Origin: Vulcanimicrobiota bacterium
GTDB taxonomy: Bacteria; Vulcanimicrobiota; Xenobia; Xenobiales; JADMJV01
Length of the DNA: 64,000 nt
NCBI GenBank assembly: GCA_050250895.1
Contig: JBFWNU010000002.1
Span: 96,001-160,000, forward strand
Reading direction: 5' to 3'
Shown here: positions 20,455 to 30,334 of the stretch, one piece after another
Position numbering within the stretch: the stretch's first letter is position 1
Layout: each line of letters starts with the position of its first letter
Translations under genes and position numbers: made by a program
Notes under the pieces: generated by a model
Told to the model about the DNA's origin: nothing
The model's input: only the letters and a program-made list of their open reading frames with translations
Database searches by the model: none

Positions 20455-21430
20455 AGCTGGGCCAAGCGCGAGATCGCCAGCAAAGCCACGCCTGAGACCG
20501 AAGAGCTTTGGCTCGAATTGGCTTCGCTGTATTCCACCTCGGTCGTCCCGCGCCTGGTGGCCGCCACTCCCAAAGGTGGCCTACCTGGTGAGCTTCCTTC
20601 CACCAAGATTGAGAACGAGGAGATCACCTTACACCTCGACCCGGAGACGACCGAGCCCTCTGTGCTGCTGAAGTTGGTCCTCCATTCCCCTTCGTTCGAG
20701 CTGGGGCGCAAGGTCGAACTCAAAGAGGCCCTGGCCCTCTTGTTGGCTCAGCGCCTGCAGACCGCTCCCGTCACCGACCAAGACCTCGAGGCAATGCGGG
20801 CGCGAACGGCCGCGGTGGCGGCCTCGCACCAGCGCAAGCTGGCCGGCCCAATTCAGAGGGCGCACGAGTTGGCTCAGGCGCTGGGCCTTCGTCCCCCGGG
20901 GGACGAGTTTTTCAAAGCCACGACCGCGGTGGACGGGGAGGAGTGCCCAGGCAATTCCGGGGTCGAGCGGGCTCGCCGGGCCAAGGCGCACTGGAGGTCT
21001 CGCCGCGGCTGAGCTTCAACCCCGACGCGCGCGGGCTCACGCCGGCTCAGACCGAGGCCTTGAAGATTCGCGACTGCTACTGCTGCCAGACTCCGGACTG
21101 CCCTAACCCAATGGGCGTCCCCCCGGCCGCGGCTTGACGGGAATGATTCGAACGCACGTTCACGAGGTTTAGCTAGAACGTCGGCGACGTTCACATCAAT
21201 CATCCCCTGTCGTCGCTACGCGACGCGCCGCTGGGGGGGACTTACACATCTGGCTCCAATCGCACCCCATCCGTTTCTTCACCCTCGGCGGCCTGACCGT
21301 GCTGGCGAACTGGATCTTCCTCTGCACCCGGTGTCATCGCAATGTTCACGATGGCTTTCTCTTCATCGAAGGAACAGCTCCCGATGGCTTGACCTTTCGT
21401 GATCGCGAGGACGTGAATTCGAGCGTTAGA
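20455..21430 (+). pseudogene. Degraded paralog of the HNH gene at 12819
   Basis: WAKREIASKATPETE...FNPDARGLTPAQTEALKIRDCYCCQTPDCPN | HIWLQSH...CTRCHRNVHDG; N-terminus lost, frameshift near 21005, insertion at 21108-21244. Confidence 0.85.
21108..21244. mobile_element. Palindromic miniature element inserted in the HNH pseudogene
   Basis: 137 bp separating the codons for CPN and HIW, which are adjacent in the paralog (CPNHLW); terminal IR GTCCCCCC/GGGGGGAC; same family as 9755. Confidence 0.85.
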
Positions 21431-21446
21431 CAGCGGGGGGTCGAAA

Positions 21447-22262
21447 GTGGCATACTACGAATATGACGAGTTCGGCCAGCAGATTGCCTACTCGGGCCCG
21501 GTGGTGAGTCCGAAGACCTACGTGGGCGGCCTGGGCGTCCACGACGACACCGCCGACACCGGCTTGCTCTACATGCGCCAGCGTCATTATGACAGCACCT
21601 TAGGGAGATTCATTTCGCGGGACCCGATTGGGTTTAGGGGTGGCTTGAATCTGTATGGGTACGTCGGGCAAAATCCAACAGGATTTACTGACCCCACTGG
21701 TTTCAAGTTTGAGGCCACCTCGGACCTTAAGGAAGCCTGCAGCCAGTTGAGCGACCAGCTCGGTTGGCGCGGAATCATCGCTCCGTTTGAAGAAAGATTC
21801 CAGCAAGCTATAGACCTCGCGCTGGCAAGATTTCGAGAATTGCGTCGTAGAGAGCAAACCGGCGAAAACACTTGTGGTTGTGAAGTTCCTAAGGGGATTC
21901 CATATGAAGAGTACATCCTGGGCGAGGAAATCATCAGCGTAGGGAAATCGGACTCAACTTTCCCCCAGGATAATAAAGATCTCGCAAAGGCTTATCACAA
22001 GGCTCTTCAGGACTACAAGAACCATGATGGAATCAAGCAAGCTACCTCCGATAGAGATTCGATCGCTCTGCAGATACAAGTTTGCCTCAACAAGCCAGAA
22101 AGTATCGCTCGTGACCTTCTCCATGAGCTGACTCACATTGGCCTGAATCGAAAGTATGGCGGCTCCGAAGGGGTCATAGAAAAATTCGGCACTGACCATC
22201 CCGAGAAGATGTTTGGACCTTATCAACGGTATGATCGGGGGATCGAATGCGTCCATTTTTGA
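21447..22262 (+). CDS. Orphan Rhs core fragment plus C-terminal toxin domain with HExxH motif
   Basis: YEYDEFG, TGLLYMRQRHYD...GRFISRDPIG...NLYGYV.QNP...DPTG; then an AT-richer tip containing LLHELTHIG. Confidence 0.88.
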   Translation: MAYYEYDEFGQQIAYSGPVVSPKTYVGGLGVHDDTADTGLLYMRQRHYDSTLGRFISRDPIGFRGGLNLYGYVGQNPTGFTDPTGFKFEATSDLKEACSQLSDQLGWRGIIAPFEERFQQAIDLALARFRELRRREQTGENTCGCEVPKGIPYEEYILGEEIISVGKSDSTFPQDNKDLAKAYHKALQDYKNHDGIKQATSDRDSIALQIQVCLNKPESIARDLLHELTHIGLNRKYGGSEGVIEKFGTDHPEKMFGPYQRYDRGIECVHF

Positions 22263-22702
22263 GAATCTTTGTTGTTCTTCTAGCCTTTTCGCTCCAACGA
22301 GTTTCGGCAACCCCCCGCTATACGGTTAATGGAGTCGAGGTTGGCATGAATTACGAAGTCATCGTCGATTCTTTGGGGGAACCGCGAGTAGATGTGTCCT
22401 ATCCAGCTGATGAACCGAGGTTCTCGAAGCGTCATTGCGCCTGGCGAGAAGTCGAGGTGGATTTTTCCCACACAAATCTTGCCGAGTATATTCGAGGCAC
22501 GCGCTTTGAACTCGACGGAAAGGTCGTTATTCGGACAGGAGACCCTGGGACGATTGTCGCTGAAACCCTCGGTGAACCACTACCGTACTTCCCATCGGAG
22601 TATGTCGCTTACCCCGGCGGGCTGACCTTCCAGCTTCGCGAGGGACGAGTCTTTCGAGTAATCCTATCATCAGGCTCCTCGCCCAGCAACGATTACCATT
22701 GA
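22247..22702 (+). CDS. Putative cognate immunity protein (exported)
   Basis: Overlaps the Rhs tip; signal peptide; similarly low GC. Confidence 0.6.
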   Translation: MRPFLRIFVVLLAFSLQRVSATPRYTVNGVEVGMNYEVIVDSLGEPRVDVSYPADEPRFSKRHCAWREVEVDFSHTNLAEYIRGTRFELDGKVVIRTGDPGTIVAETLGEPLPYFPSEYVAYPGGLTFQLREGRVFRVILSSGSSPSNDYH

Positions 22703-23050
22703 GAACGTCACCCGGGCGCTGGCGCGCTCTTTCACGAAAGGGCGCTCGCCAGCGCCGCGGGACGTGAGCAAGGACTGCAACGGAGAAGGGCGTGAACGTC
22801 GCTGAAAGGCGCTCGGGCGCAGTTCTCAGACCACGTCGAACCTGATAGAACTGCGCGCGAGACGGTAGCGCCAAGACCCAGGCCAAGACTCGGCTTAGCC
22901 GGGGCCTGGGCCTTTCAAATTGTCGGTGAAGGGCGGCCGTCGTGGCCGTTGGGCGGGCTTGTTGCTAACTCTTTCTCTTGCACGTCTGGAACCGCTCCAA
23001 TCGAGCCACAAGATCCGCCAGGCGGTGGTCATCAAAGACCCGGTCACCGG

Positions 23051-23448
23051 CTAACCTTTCAACACGGGCTTGATATCCAGGACCGGTGTGCCATCGATGG
23101 CCTCGAGCGGCTCGACCCGCAGGCCCGACGTAGTCACCTCGAGGATCGTCACTGGGTGCAGGCCGATGGGGTTCGGGCGGTCGGGGGATCGGGTCGAGAA
23201 GACTCCGCGTTCGGCTCGGTTCGGTTCGCTGCGAGGGCGTACCCGCAGCACCTCGCGGTTCGATTGATGCAGCCAGGTCAACAGGACCACTTCGGCGCCG
23301 ACCTCCAGGCCATCGAGGGCGGTGGCAAAGGCCGGCTGGATTTCCACCCAGGCCGAGGGAGCGCCTTCGCGTCCTGCATCGGAGCCTCGGCCCGCGACTT
23401 CAAGGCAGAGCGAACAACGCCAATGGGCCGCAAGAGGAACTCACTCAT
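23051..23448 (-). pseudogene. trmO: tRNA m6t6A37 methyltransferase TrmO/TsaA, frameshifted
   Basis: MSEFLLRPIGVVRS...APMQ in one frame; EGAPSAWVEI...GVFSTRSPDRPNPIGL...DGTPVLDIKP in another; shift near 23370. Confidence 0.8.
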
Positions 23449-23572
23449 CGCACACCCGCGGACGTAAGCAGCCACAGCAAACACATCCAGCGCATCCTCC
23501 AGGATTACACTCCGGGCCAGCGATGGCCTTCCCTCCAGAGGCGCTCGGCGCGACTGAAGCGAAGCCTCGGCG

Positions 23573-24838
23573 ATGGCCTTGACCATCGCGCTGATGACCC
23601 TGGGCACCCGGGGTGACGTGGCTCCCATGCTGGCTCTCGGACAGGCGTTGAAAGCCCGTGGCCACCGCGTTCGCCTGGCGGGTCCTGACGACGCGGGCGA
23701 GTGGGTTCGCTCGCACGGCTTCGAGTTTCACAGCCTGGGCTTTGACATCGAGGCTTTCCTCCAATCACCCGCAGTCAAAGAGAAGCTCTCTGGCGGACCG
23801 CTGGCGCTGGCTCGTATCTGGTGGCGCGACGTGCTACCCACCGCTCACCGCATGTTCCGGGCTATCGGCAGGGCCGCCGAAGGCTGCGATGTCATCGTCA
23901 GCCATCCCAAAGTGGTCGGCTCCCACGATGCCGCGGTGGCCAACCGGGCGCTTTATCTGCGAGCCCACTTTCTGCCGCTGACCCCGACCCACCACTTTCC
24001 GCCCCCCGTCTTCACTCGCGAACTGGGCTATTTGAACCGGCCACTCTACCAGCTGTTCCGGCTTTCGCGGTTGCCCTACCTGAACCAGTTGAACGCCTGG
24101 CGCCATGAGCTGGGACTGCCCCCCGGACCATGGTTTGATTCGCTCAGCCATCCCAGTCTTTGCGCCGTTTCACCGGCCGTGCTACCCCGGCCCTCCGACT
24201 GGCCCGACCAGCACTTCATGACCGGCTACTGGTTCTTCGACGACCCGGCCGAGTGGCAGCCTGACCCTGCTCTGGCCGATTTTCTGGGGGCCGGCGAGCC
24301 GCCCATCTATATTGGCTTCGGCTCGATGACCAGCCAGAATCCGCAAGAACTCTCGCAACGGGTGGTCGAGGCGGTGCGCCTGGCCGATTGCCGGGCCGTG
24401 CTGGGCCTGGGCTGGGGAGCCCTCGATCACTGTAATGACGAGCGCGTACACGCTCTGAAATCAGCGCCTCATCACGCGCTCTTCCCACTGTGTTTGGCCG
24501 TGGTCCATCACGGCGGGGCGGGCACGACCGCTCAGGGCTTGCGAGCCGGGCTGCCTACCTTGATTTGCCCCTTCTTCGCCGACCAGCCCTTCTGGGGGCA
24601 ACGGGTCCTCCAGAAAGGCTGCGGACCCATCCCGCTCTCGCTCGAGGGCGCATCGGCTGAGCAATTGGCGGGTCGTCTCAAAGAACTCGCCAACCCCGAC
24701 TATCGCCGTTCGGCCGAGTTCGTGGCGGGGGAGTTGGCAAAGGAAGATGGTCCGGGCAAAGCCGCCGCCATCATCGAAGCCATGGCCGCTCAGTCAGGAA
24801 AGGGAGAAAAGGCTTTGCAGAGGGGGTTCCAGAGGTAG
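23573..24838 (+). CDS. Glycosyltransferase family 1 (sterol glucosyltransferase-like)
   Basis: GTRGDVAP, YIGFGS, HHGGAGTT, PFFADQPFWG. Confidence 0.9.
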   Translation: MALTIALMTLGTRGDVAPMLALGQALKARGHRVRLAGPDDAGEWVRSHGFEFHSLGFDIEAFLQSPAVKEKLSGGPLALARIWWRDVLPTAHRMFRAIGRAAEGCDVIVSHPKVVGSHDAAVANRALYLRAHFLPLTPTHHFPPPVFTRELGYLNRPLYQLFRLSRLPYLNQLNAWRHELGLPPGPWFDSLSHPSLCAVSPAVLPRPSDWPDQHFMTGYWFFDDPAEWQPDPALADFLGAGEPPIYIGFGSMTSQNPQELSQRVVEAVRLADCRAVLGLGWGALDHCNDERVHALKSAPHHALFPLCLAVVHHGGAGTTAQGLRAGLPTLICPFFADQPFWGQRVLQKGCGPIPLSLEGASAEQLAGRLKELANPDYRRSAEFVAGELAKEDGPGKAAAIIEAMAAQSGKGEKALQRGFQR

Positions 24839-25215
24839 CCGGCGGCTGCGCCGGCCAGGGCCGCCCCGCCTGGTCCACCCGCGAAAGCCGCCGCGCCGAC
24901 GCCGACACCCACGGCCGCCCCTAGCAGGGTTTTGCCCAGCACTTCACCGGTCACCAGCACGGGATCGGTCTGGCGAGAAAAGGCTCCCACTGCCCCACCC
25001 AGTCCACCGAAGACGGCGCCTCCGATGAAGGCGCTGGTGAGCAGGTCCCCGCCGGCCAGGGCCACGCCGATTCCAGCCGCCGCGCCTACCACCGCCGTCA
25101 CTTTGCTGGCCATCGAACCCGAGGGCTTGAAGGAGTCGACAGGAGCGTTGTCTGGTACCGAGGCGCGCCGCGTTATTGGAGGGGAATAGGAGCGTGAAAA
25201 CCCGTTGATGACCAT
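24790..25215 (-). CDS. Small glycine-zipper membrane protein
   Basis: Gly/Ala-rich hydrophobic helices after a polar N-terminus. Confidence 0.65.
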   Translation of the reverse strand: MVINGFSRSYSPPITRRASVPDNAPVDSFKPSGSMASKVTAVVGAAAGIGVALAGGDLLTSAFIGGAVFGGLGGAVGAFSRQTDPVLVTGEVLGKTLLGAAVGVGVGAAAFAGGPGGAALAGAAAGYLWNPLCKAFSPFPD

Positions 25216-25255
25216 GACCCAAGTCTAGGCCAGGGCGTTGAAAGATTCTTGAAAT

Positions 25256-27904
25256 CTAGTGAGCGCCGCGACGGCGATAAACCAGCACCCCACCGGCGGG
25301 CAGGTCGAGTTGGGGGCGGGGACCGTGCAGTTGCTCGGGCACGGGCTGGCCTGAGCCGCCAAAGCGCGCGTCGTCGGAGTTAAGCACTAGATCCCAGTGG
25401 CCGTCGAGTTGCAGGCCGTAGCCGTCGAGGCGCTGGTGGTTGAGCGAGCCCACCACCAGATACTCGTCACCGCGAGTGAAGGCCATCACTGAGGCATCGT
25501 CGTTGCAGTGCACCTGGCGGGCCTCCGAGTCTGCCCGCAGAGCCGGGCTGGAATTGCGCAGGTGGATGACCTCGCGGGCGAAGGCGTGATGGTGGGCGCG
25601 CGGCCCGTCGGCCGGCCACTCCCAGCCCACATCCCAGGTCGAAGGGATGCCCCAGCGAAAGGTGTTGGTCGCTAGCGACTCGTCACCCTGGAAAAAGATG
25701 GGCACGCCCGGGCTCAGCATGCCGACGCCAAAAGTCAGGCGCGAGGCCGCCCGGGCCCAGACATCGGGCTCGCCGTCGCCGCTGGCCACTTTGATGGTCC
25801 GCTCGGCGTTGCCCACTTCGTCGTGATTCGAGACCACCGTCACCGAGTTGGCCGAACTCAGAAAGCCGGGGTGCCCGGTCAGGTGGTCCATAAACTTCTG
25901 CATACGAGTGGGGCCGTGGTGGGCTGCCTCTTGCAGCACCGAGGGATTGTGGTGGTCAAAGACCAGGCGGTGTTGAAACTCGGTGTTCCACATGGCGTCG
26001 AAGCCCGCTCCACCCTGGCCATTGGGGCCCACCGGTGTGACCACGATGGGATGGTTGGGAAACTCCTCGGCGGCCATGAAAGCGTCCGGATGGAAGAAAT
26101 CGACCTCGCGGTTGATGCGCCGGAGCATCTCCCAGCCGACCGTTCCTCCGCCGCCATTCTGGTCGTGGATGGGATGGGTAAAGTCCAGGCGCAGGCCGTC
26201 AAAGTGCAGCTCGTCGAGTTGGGCCAGGGCGTGGTCGGTAATAAACTGTCTTACCGGTTCTTTGTCATAGGCGGGCAGCGGCCCCCAGGGGGTAAAGCGC
26301 AGGCCGCCCTGCGACCACGAAAACCAGGGATTGTTCTTGCCATCGCTCTGCCACGAATCGTTGAACTCGCCTCCGAAGTGATTGTAGACCACGTCGTTGA
26401 GCACTCGGAAGCCGCGACCGTGAGCCTCGTCGATGAACCGCTGCAGGGCCTCGAGCCCGCTGACCCAGCGGCCGTCCGAATCCTCGAAGCCGTACTGCTC
26501 GCTGGTGGCCAGAGTGTTGCTACCGATATAGCCCCAGTCGCGCGAGCCCTCGAAGCTGCCGGTCGGCAAGAACTCGAGGGTGTTCACTCCCAGATCCTGG
26601 AAGTAATCCAGCCGCTTTTGCACATCTTCAAAGGTGGTGCGGTCCGTGTTCTTAGCCTGGCCGAAGACCGACCCGACGTGCATCTGATAGATGACCATCT
26701 CGTTGGCGTTCTTAGCCGTGCGAGCCACCTGGTCGTTCTTCCAGTCGAAGCTTGCGTCGCTGAGAATGCCTAGCCTGGGCCAGCGATGGCGGCCGTCGAG
26801 CCGCGCCGAATAGGGGTCGTTAAAGTTCGTCTCTTTGGCCTCTTCGGCCGATAATTGGCCGTCAGCGTTGGCATCGCCCACCAATCGGCCGGCCTGGATC
26901 ATCTCGAAGCGATAGTCGAGACCCTCGAGCCCGGCAGGCAGGGTGGCGGCCCAGGCCTCGCCCTGACGCAGCAGGTGGATGCGGCCGTCGGGTTGGACGT
27001 TCTCGAGCCAAAAGTCATTGGCCTCACGACCGTGAAAGCGACCGACCAGCTGCGAACCACCCTCGCCCAGTCGGGCCAGCAGGCGGCTCTTGTCGAGCAC
27101 GCCCTGTTCATCGCGCAAGGTCAGGGTGACGGTGTCGGCCTGGCCCTGCACTTCAAAGCGCGTGAAGCGCACCGCTCCTTTGATGAACTGGTGAACCTCC
27201 TGTCCGCTGTTGGGGTCGAGATAGAGATCGGCCAGACCGCGCTGGGGGCCCTGGCGTCGCCGCGCGTAGGGGTCCACCCGCAACACCCGCTCGCCTTCGC
27301 TGGTGGTCACCTCGAAGCCGTAGGCCTTGCCCTCGAGGTGGTCCCAGGAGCCGGCTCTACCGCTCCAGTGGCCATCGGCTTGGCGCACCATCGGAAAGCG
27401 CTCGACGCCGTTGCCGGTGACAAAAACGCCATCCACCTGGCGGGCGTTGGGAGCCCAGTAGTCCAGGTCCACGCTGTCCCCTTCGCGGTGGGCACCGCGT
27501 GACTTCAGGGTGGTGGGGGAGTAGGTGGCCTCGGCCTCGTCGCCCAGGCGCAGATTGCCCTCTTCAAAGACCGCCCATCTGCCGTCAGCCACCACGCCCC
27601 ACTCCCAGGGCTTCTGGCCGGGAGCCAGGGCCACCTCGGCCGTCCAACGACCTTGCTCGTCCTGGCGCATCGGCACGGCCGAGTCTTTCCACTCTCGATT
27701 ATAGTTGCCCCCCGCGTCCCACGATCCGAGCAGCGTCACGCCATGCAATTGCCGACCGTCGCCGTCGAAGACGAACTTCACCCGACGGGCGCCCTCGGGT
27801 TCCGTTCGCAGGCGGGCTCCCAGGTGGACCCGTTGGCCATTGGTGGGCACCACGAATTCATCCGCGGGTTTGGATCCGGCAAAGCGAAGAGGTTGGACCT
27901 TCAT
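25256..27904 (-). CDS. GH13 alpha-glucan enzyme (branching enzyme/trehalohydrolase-like) with CBM48-like domains
   Basis: WAPNA, IYQMHVG, WGY, DVVYNH, GLRLD (nucleophile), AEE, NHDE. Confidence 0.88.
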   Translation of the reverse strand: MKVQPLRFAGSKPADEFVVPTNGQRVHLGARLRTEPEGARRVKFVFDGDGRQLHGVTLLGSWDAGGNYNREWKDSAVPMRQDEQGRWTAEVALAPGQKPWEWGVVADGRWAVFEEGNLRLGDEAEATYSPTTLKSRGAHREGDSVDLDYWAPNARQVDGVFVTGNGVERFPMVRQADGHWSGRAGSWDHLEGKAYGFEVTTSEGERVLRVDPYARRRQGPQRGLADLYLDPNSGQEVHQFIKGAVRFTRFEVQGQADTVTLTLRDEQGVLDKSRLLARLGEGGSQLVGRFHGREANDFWLENVQPDGRIHLLRQGEAWAATLPAGLEGLDYRFEMIQAGRLVGDANADGQLSAEEAKETNFNDPYSARLDGRHRWPRLGILSDASFDWKNDQVARTAKNANEMVIYQMHVGSVFGQAKNTDRTTFEDVQKRLDYFQDLGVNTLEFLPTGSFEGSRDWGYIGSNTLATSEQYGFEDSDGRWVSGLEALQRFIDEAHGRGFRVLNDVVYNHFGGEFNDSWQSDGKNNPWFSWSQGGLRFTPWGPLPAYDKEPVRQFITDHALAQLDELHFDGLRLDFTHPIHDQNGGGGTVGWEMLRRINREVDFFHPDAFMAAEEFPNHPIVVTPVGPNGQGGAGFDAMWNTEFQHRLVFDHHNPSVLQEAAHHGPTRMQKFMDHLTGHPGFLSSANSVTVVSNHDEVGNAERTIKVASGDGEPDVWARAASRLTFGVGMLSPGVPIFFQGDESLATNTFRWGIPSTWDVGWEWPADGPRAHHHAFAREVIHLRNSSPALRADSEARQVHCNDDASVMAFTRGDEYLVVGSLNHQRLDGYGLQLDGHWDLVLNSDDARFGGSGQPVPEQLHGPRPQLDLPAGGVLVYRRRGAH

Positions 27905-28072
27905 CGCTTGAAGACCACCACAAAGTAGGCTTCGAGTCCTGGCCCGATTTGTTAAAAGACGGAAGATTGCAAAGTGTAAAGAACTGTTAACAGATTCTGC
28001 AAGTTGGAAACAAAATTCTCCCGCTCCGCCAGCTAGGCTGAAGCTGGTAGCAGTGTGTAAGGAGAGAGAGAA

Positions 28073-29359
28073 ATGGCTAGCTCATCTGTTAGTTCAGCAC
28101 CCAAATCACCCCCCAAAACGTCCGGCTCGACCTCCCGGCCATCGAGTTCGGGAAGTGCCAGCAGGGCCGCCAAACCGGCAGCCGCCAAACCAAAGACAAC
28201 CGCCCCCGCGACCAGGTCAGCGCCCGCTCGCACGAGTGCCTCGCCGTCGCCGAGCGAGAAGCCCTCAAAGGCTGGAACGACACTCAGCCGCGGAATCACG
28301 CAGGCTTATCAGGATTCGAGTGCCCGTGACCGGGCCGGTTCGGCCGCGGCCGCCCAGTCCGTCGGTGGCCAGCGCGACGGTCAGGCCGGCTCGGGCAATG
28401 GCGCCGCTCCCTCGGGCAGTGGCCCTTCGGCCGTGCAGGGACCCGGCGCCACCAGCTCGAGCCCTCAAGCCACGCCCCCATCGACGCACGGGCCCGCGCC
28501 GGGTGGTCCCGCCCAGGGCTTGATTGGCGAGCCCAACAGTCCCTGGCAGCCCGCCACCAGGCCAGGCGAGCAGTATCGCACCCTCAACTCGGTGGACGGC
28601 AAGCACGACTGGTATCAATGGAAGGCTCCCGGTCAGACTCAGGACTCGTTTAGCCGCACCTACAAGGAAGGCGGCAAAGAGGTGCATGAACGCCTCAACG
28701 GCGACCAGCACAAAATCATCCAACACGTCGATCAGGCCTTCAGCAATGCTAAGCAGGACGGCAGTCAGCCCCTCAAAGACAAAGACGGAAAGGACCTGGG
28801 AGTGGCCGTGCACGGAAAGCTGACACCCGAGCAGCTCGGCCAGCTTGGGACGGCTGTCGAGTCGTTGCCTCCCGCCTTGCGCAAGCACGCTAAGGAGGTG
28901 GCGGTGGTCGACCAGCTCGGCAAACAGGGCGTGCGTAAGGACGGCCAGACCGACTGGACCTCGAACACCCTGGGCAAGACCGATAGTAAAGGTAAGATCG
29001 CGCTCGACCGCAGTGTCTTCAATGACCCGAAGCTGCTTAGCGAGACCCTGGCCCACGAGGCCGGTCACGGCCTTCAGGCCGAAAAGGCACCCAACCTGGG
29101 GCCCGAGTGGGGCGACCGCAGCAGTGTTTCGGAATACGGTAAGACCAGTCCGGGCGAGGACTTCGCCGAGACGGCTGCCTACGTGGCCAACAACTGGAAG
29201 AGCCTGGAAAACGGAGGTCATGGCGCTCTGCTTCGCACCGCCGGGGAGCCGATTCCGGGTGCCGCCGAGAGGGGCTCTGACATAACCCACCGTCCGTCAG
29301 CCACCAAGATCTTGCAGGTCTTGCGAGCCATGGATTGGCAGTCGAGCGGCCAGAACTAA
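28073..29359 (+). CDS. Putative zinc metallopeptidase (HExxH), paralog of 19092-20138
   Basis: LAHEAGHG, VSEYGKTSPGEDFAE; ~140 aa Ser/Ala/Pro-rich N-terminus; AAGGAG RBS. Confidence 0.75.
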   Translation: MASSSVSSAPKSPPKTSGSTSRPSSSGSASRAAKPAAAKPKTTAPATRSAPARTSASPSPSEKPSKAGTTLSRGITQAYQDSSARDRAGSAAAAQSVGGQRDGQAGSGNGAAPSGSGPSAVQGPGATSSSPQATPPSTHGPAPGGPAQGLIGEPNSPWQPATRPGEQYRTLNSVDGKHDWYQWKAPGQTQDSFSRTYKEGGKEVHERLNGDQHKIIQHVDQAFSNAKQDGSQPLKDKDGKDLGVAVHGKLTPEQLGQLGTAVESLPPALRKHAKEVAVVDQLGKQGVRKDGQTDWTSNTLGKTDSKGKIALDRSVFNDPKLLSETLAHEAGHGLQAEKAPNLGPEWGDRSSVSEYGKTSPGEDFAETAAYVANNWKSLENGGHGALLRTAGEPIPGAAERGSDITHRPSATKILQVLRAMDWQSSGQN

Positions 29360-29369
29360 GTCGCCCTGG

Positions 29370-30254
29370 TCAGACTCCATAGAACCCACGTAGGTGAGTC
29401 ACGAATCGGTCCAGGGCGGGTGAGGCCAGACGCCACACAAAGAGCACCTCGAGAGCGGGGGCGTCCTCGGGCAAGGCCAGGATCTTCACTCCTGGCCAGT
29501 CCCCGGGGCGCCCCGGGATGTAGATGGGAGCCAGCCCAAGGCCGGCGCTCACCATGAAGATCTGGGTGACTCCGTTGGTGGCGTACTGGCCCACTTCGGG
29601 CTCAAAGCCAGCCTCGCGACAACGGGTCACGAAGCCCGTGTAATAATCGGGTATGATCGCTCCCGGATCGACGAAGATCAACGACTCGCCCTCGAGGTCG
29701 CGCCACCGCAACGAGGCCCGAGAATCCAGCCTGTGACCGGTCGGCACGGCCAAACCCATCTTGCCCGAGCGGACCCGAATTCGCGACAGGCCGGTCAGCA
29801 AGCTGTCGGGCAGGGTCACGAAGCCGGCGTCGATGGTGCCCTCTCGCAGGGCGGCCACCTGCCACAGCGAGGGGTGCACATCCAGACCCACATCGATCTC
29901 GGGGTGCTCGCGCCGAAAACCCCGCAAGAGTTCGGCCAGTTCGGCGTTGGCCAGGTTGGAGATGGCGGCCAGGCGCAGGCGCCCCAACTGACCGCGGCTG
30001 CTGCGCCGGGCGCGCTGCTCGAACCGCTCGACCCGCTTGAGAATGGCTCGTGCGTCAGCCAGCAGGTCGTGGCCGGCAGCGGTCAATTCGGTCTTGCGAG
30101 TCGAGCGGGCGAACAGTTGCAGGCCCAACTCCGACTCGAAATCTTGAATCTGTTGACTCAAGGATGATTGCGCCACCATCTCTCGCTCGGCGGCCCGGGT
30201 GAAGTTCAATTCCTCGGCTACGGCCACAAAGTAGCGCAGATGTCGCAGTTCCAC
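29370..30254 (-). CDS. LysR-family transcriptional regulator
   Basis: MELRHLRYFVAVAEELNFTRAA HTH; divergent from the MFS gene. Confidence 0.95.
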   Translation of the reverse strand: MELRHLRYFVAVAEELNFTRAAEREMVAQSSLSQQIQDFESELGLQLFARSTRKTELTAAGHDLLADARAILKRVERFEQRARRSSRGQLGRLRLAAISNLANAELAELLRGFRREHPEIDVGLDVHPSLWQVAALREGTIDAGFVTLPDSLLTGLSRIRVRSGKMGLAVPTGHRLDSRASLRWRDLEGESLIFVDPGAIIPDYYTGFVTRCREAGFEPEVGQYATNGVTQIFMVSAGLGLAPIYIPGRPGDWPGVKILALPEDAPALEVLFVWRLASPALDRFVTHLRGFYGV

Positions 30255-30334
30255 AATTAATCTCCGTTGGCGATTAATTCTATATCAATTAGATATTTCC
30301 CTTATCAATCCGAAGGCGCTATGCTCAGAGCGAG

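Noticed and set aside
19528-21012. 494-aa ORF as a real gene
   Set aside because: The first half is an off-frame shadow of the peptidase gene; the second half is part of the HNH pseudogene.
21245-22262. HNH-Rhs fusion protein
   Set aside because: The HNH tail and the Rhs ORF are in different reading frames.
22827-22850. Hammerhead ribozyme core (CTGATAG)
   Set aside because: It does not match CUGAnGA, and no correctly placed GAAA or three-stem junction is seen.
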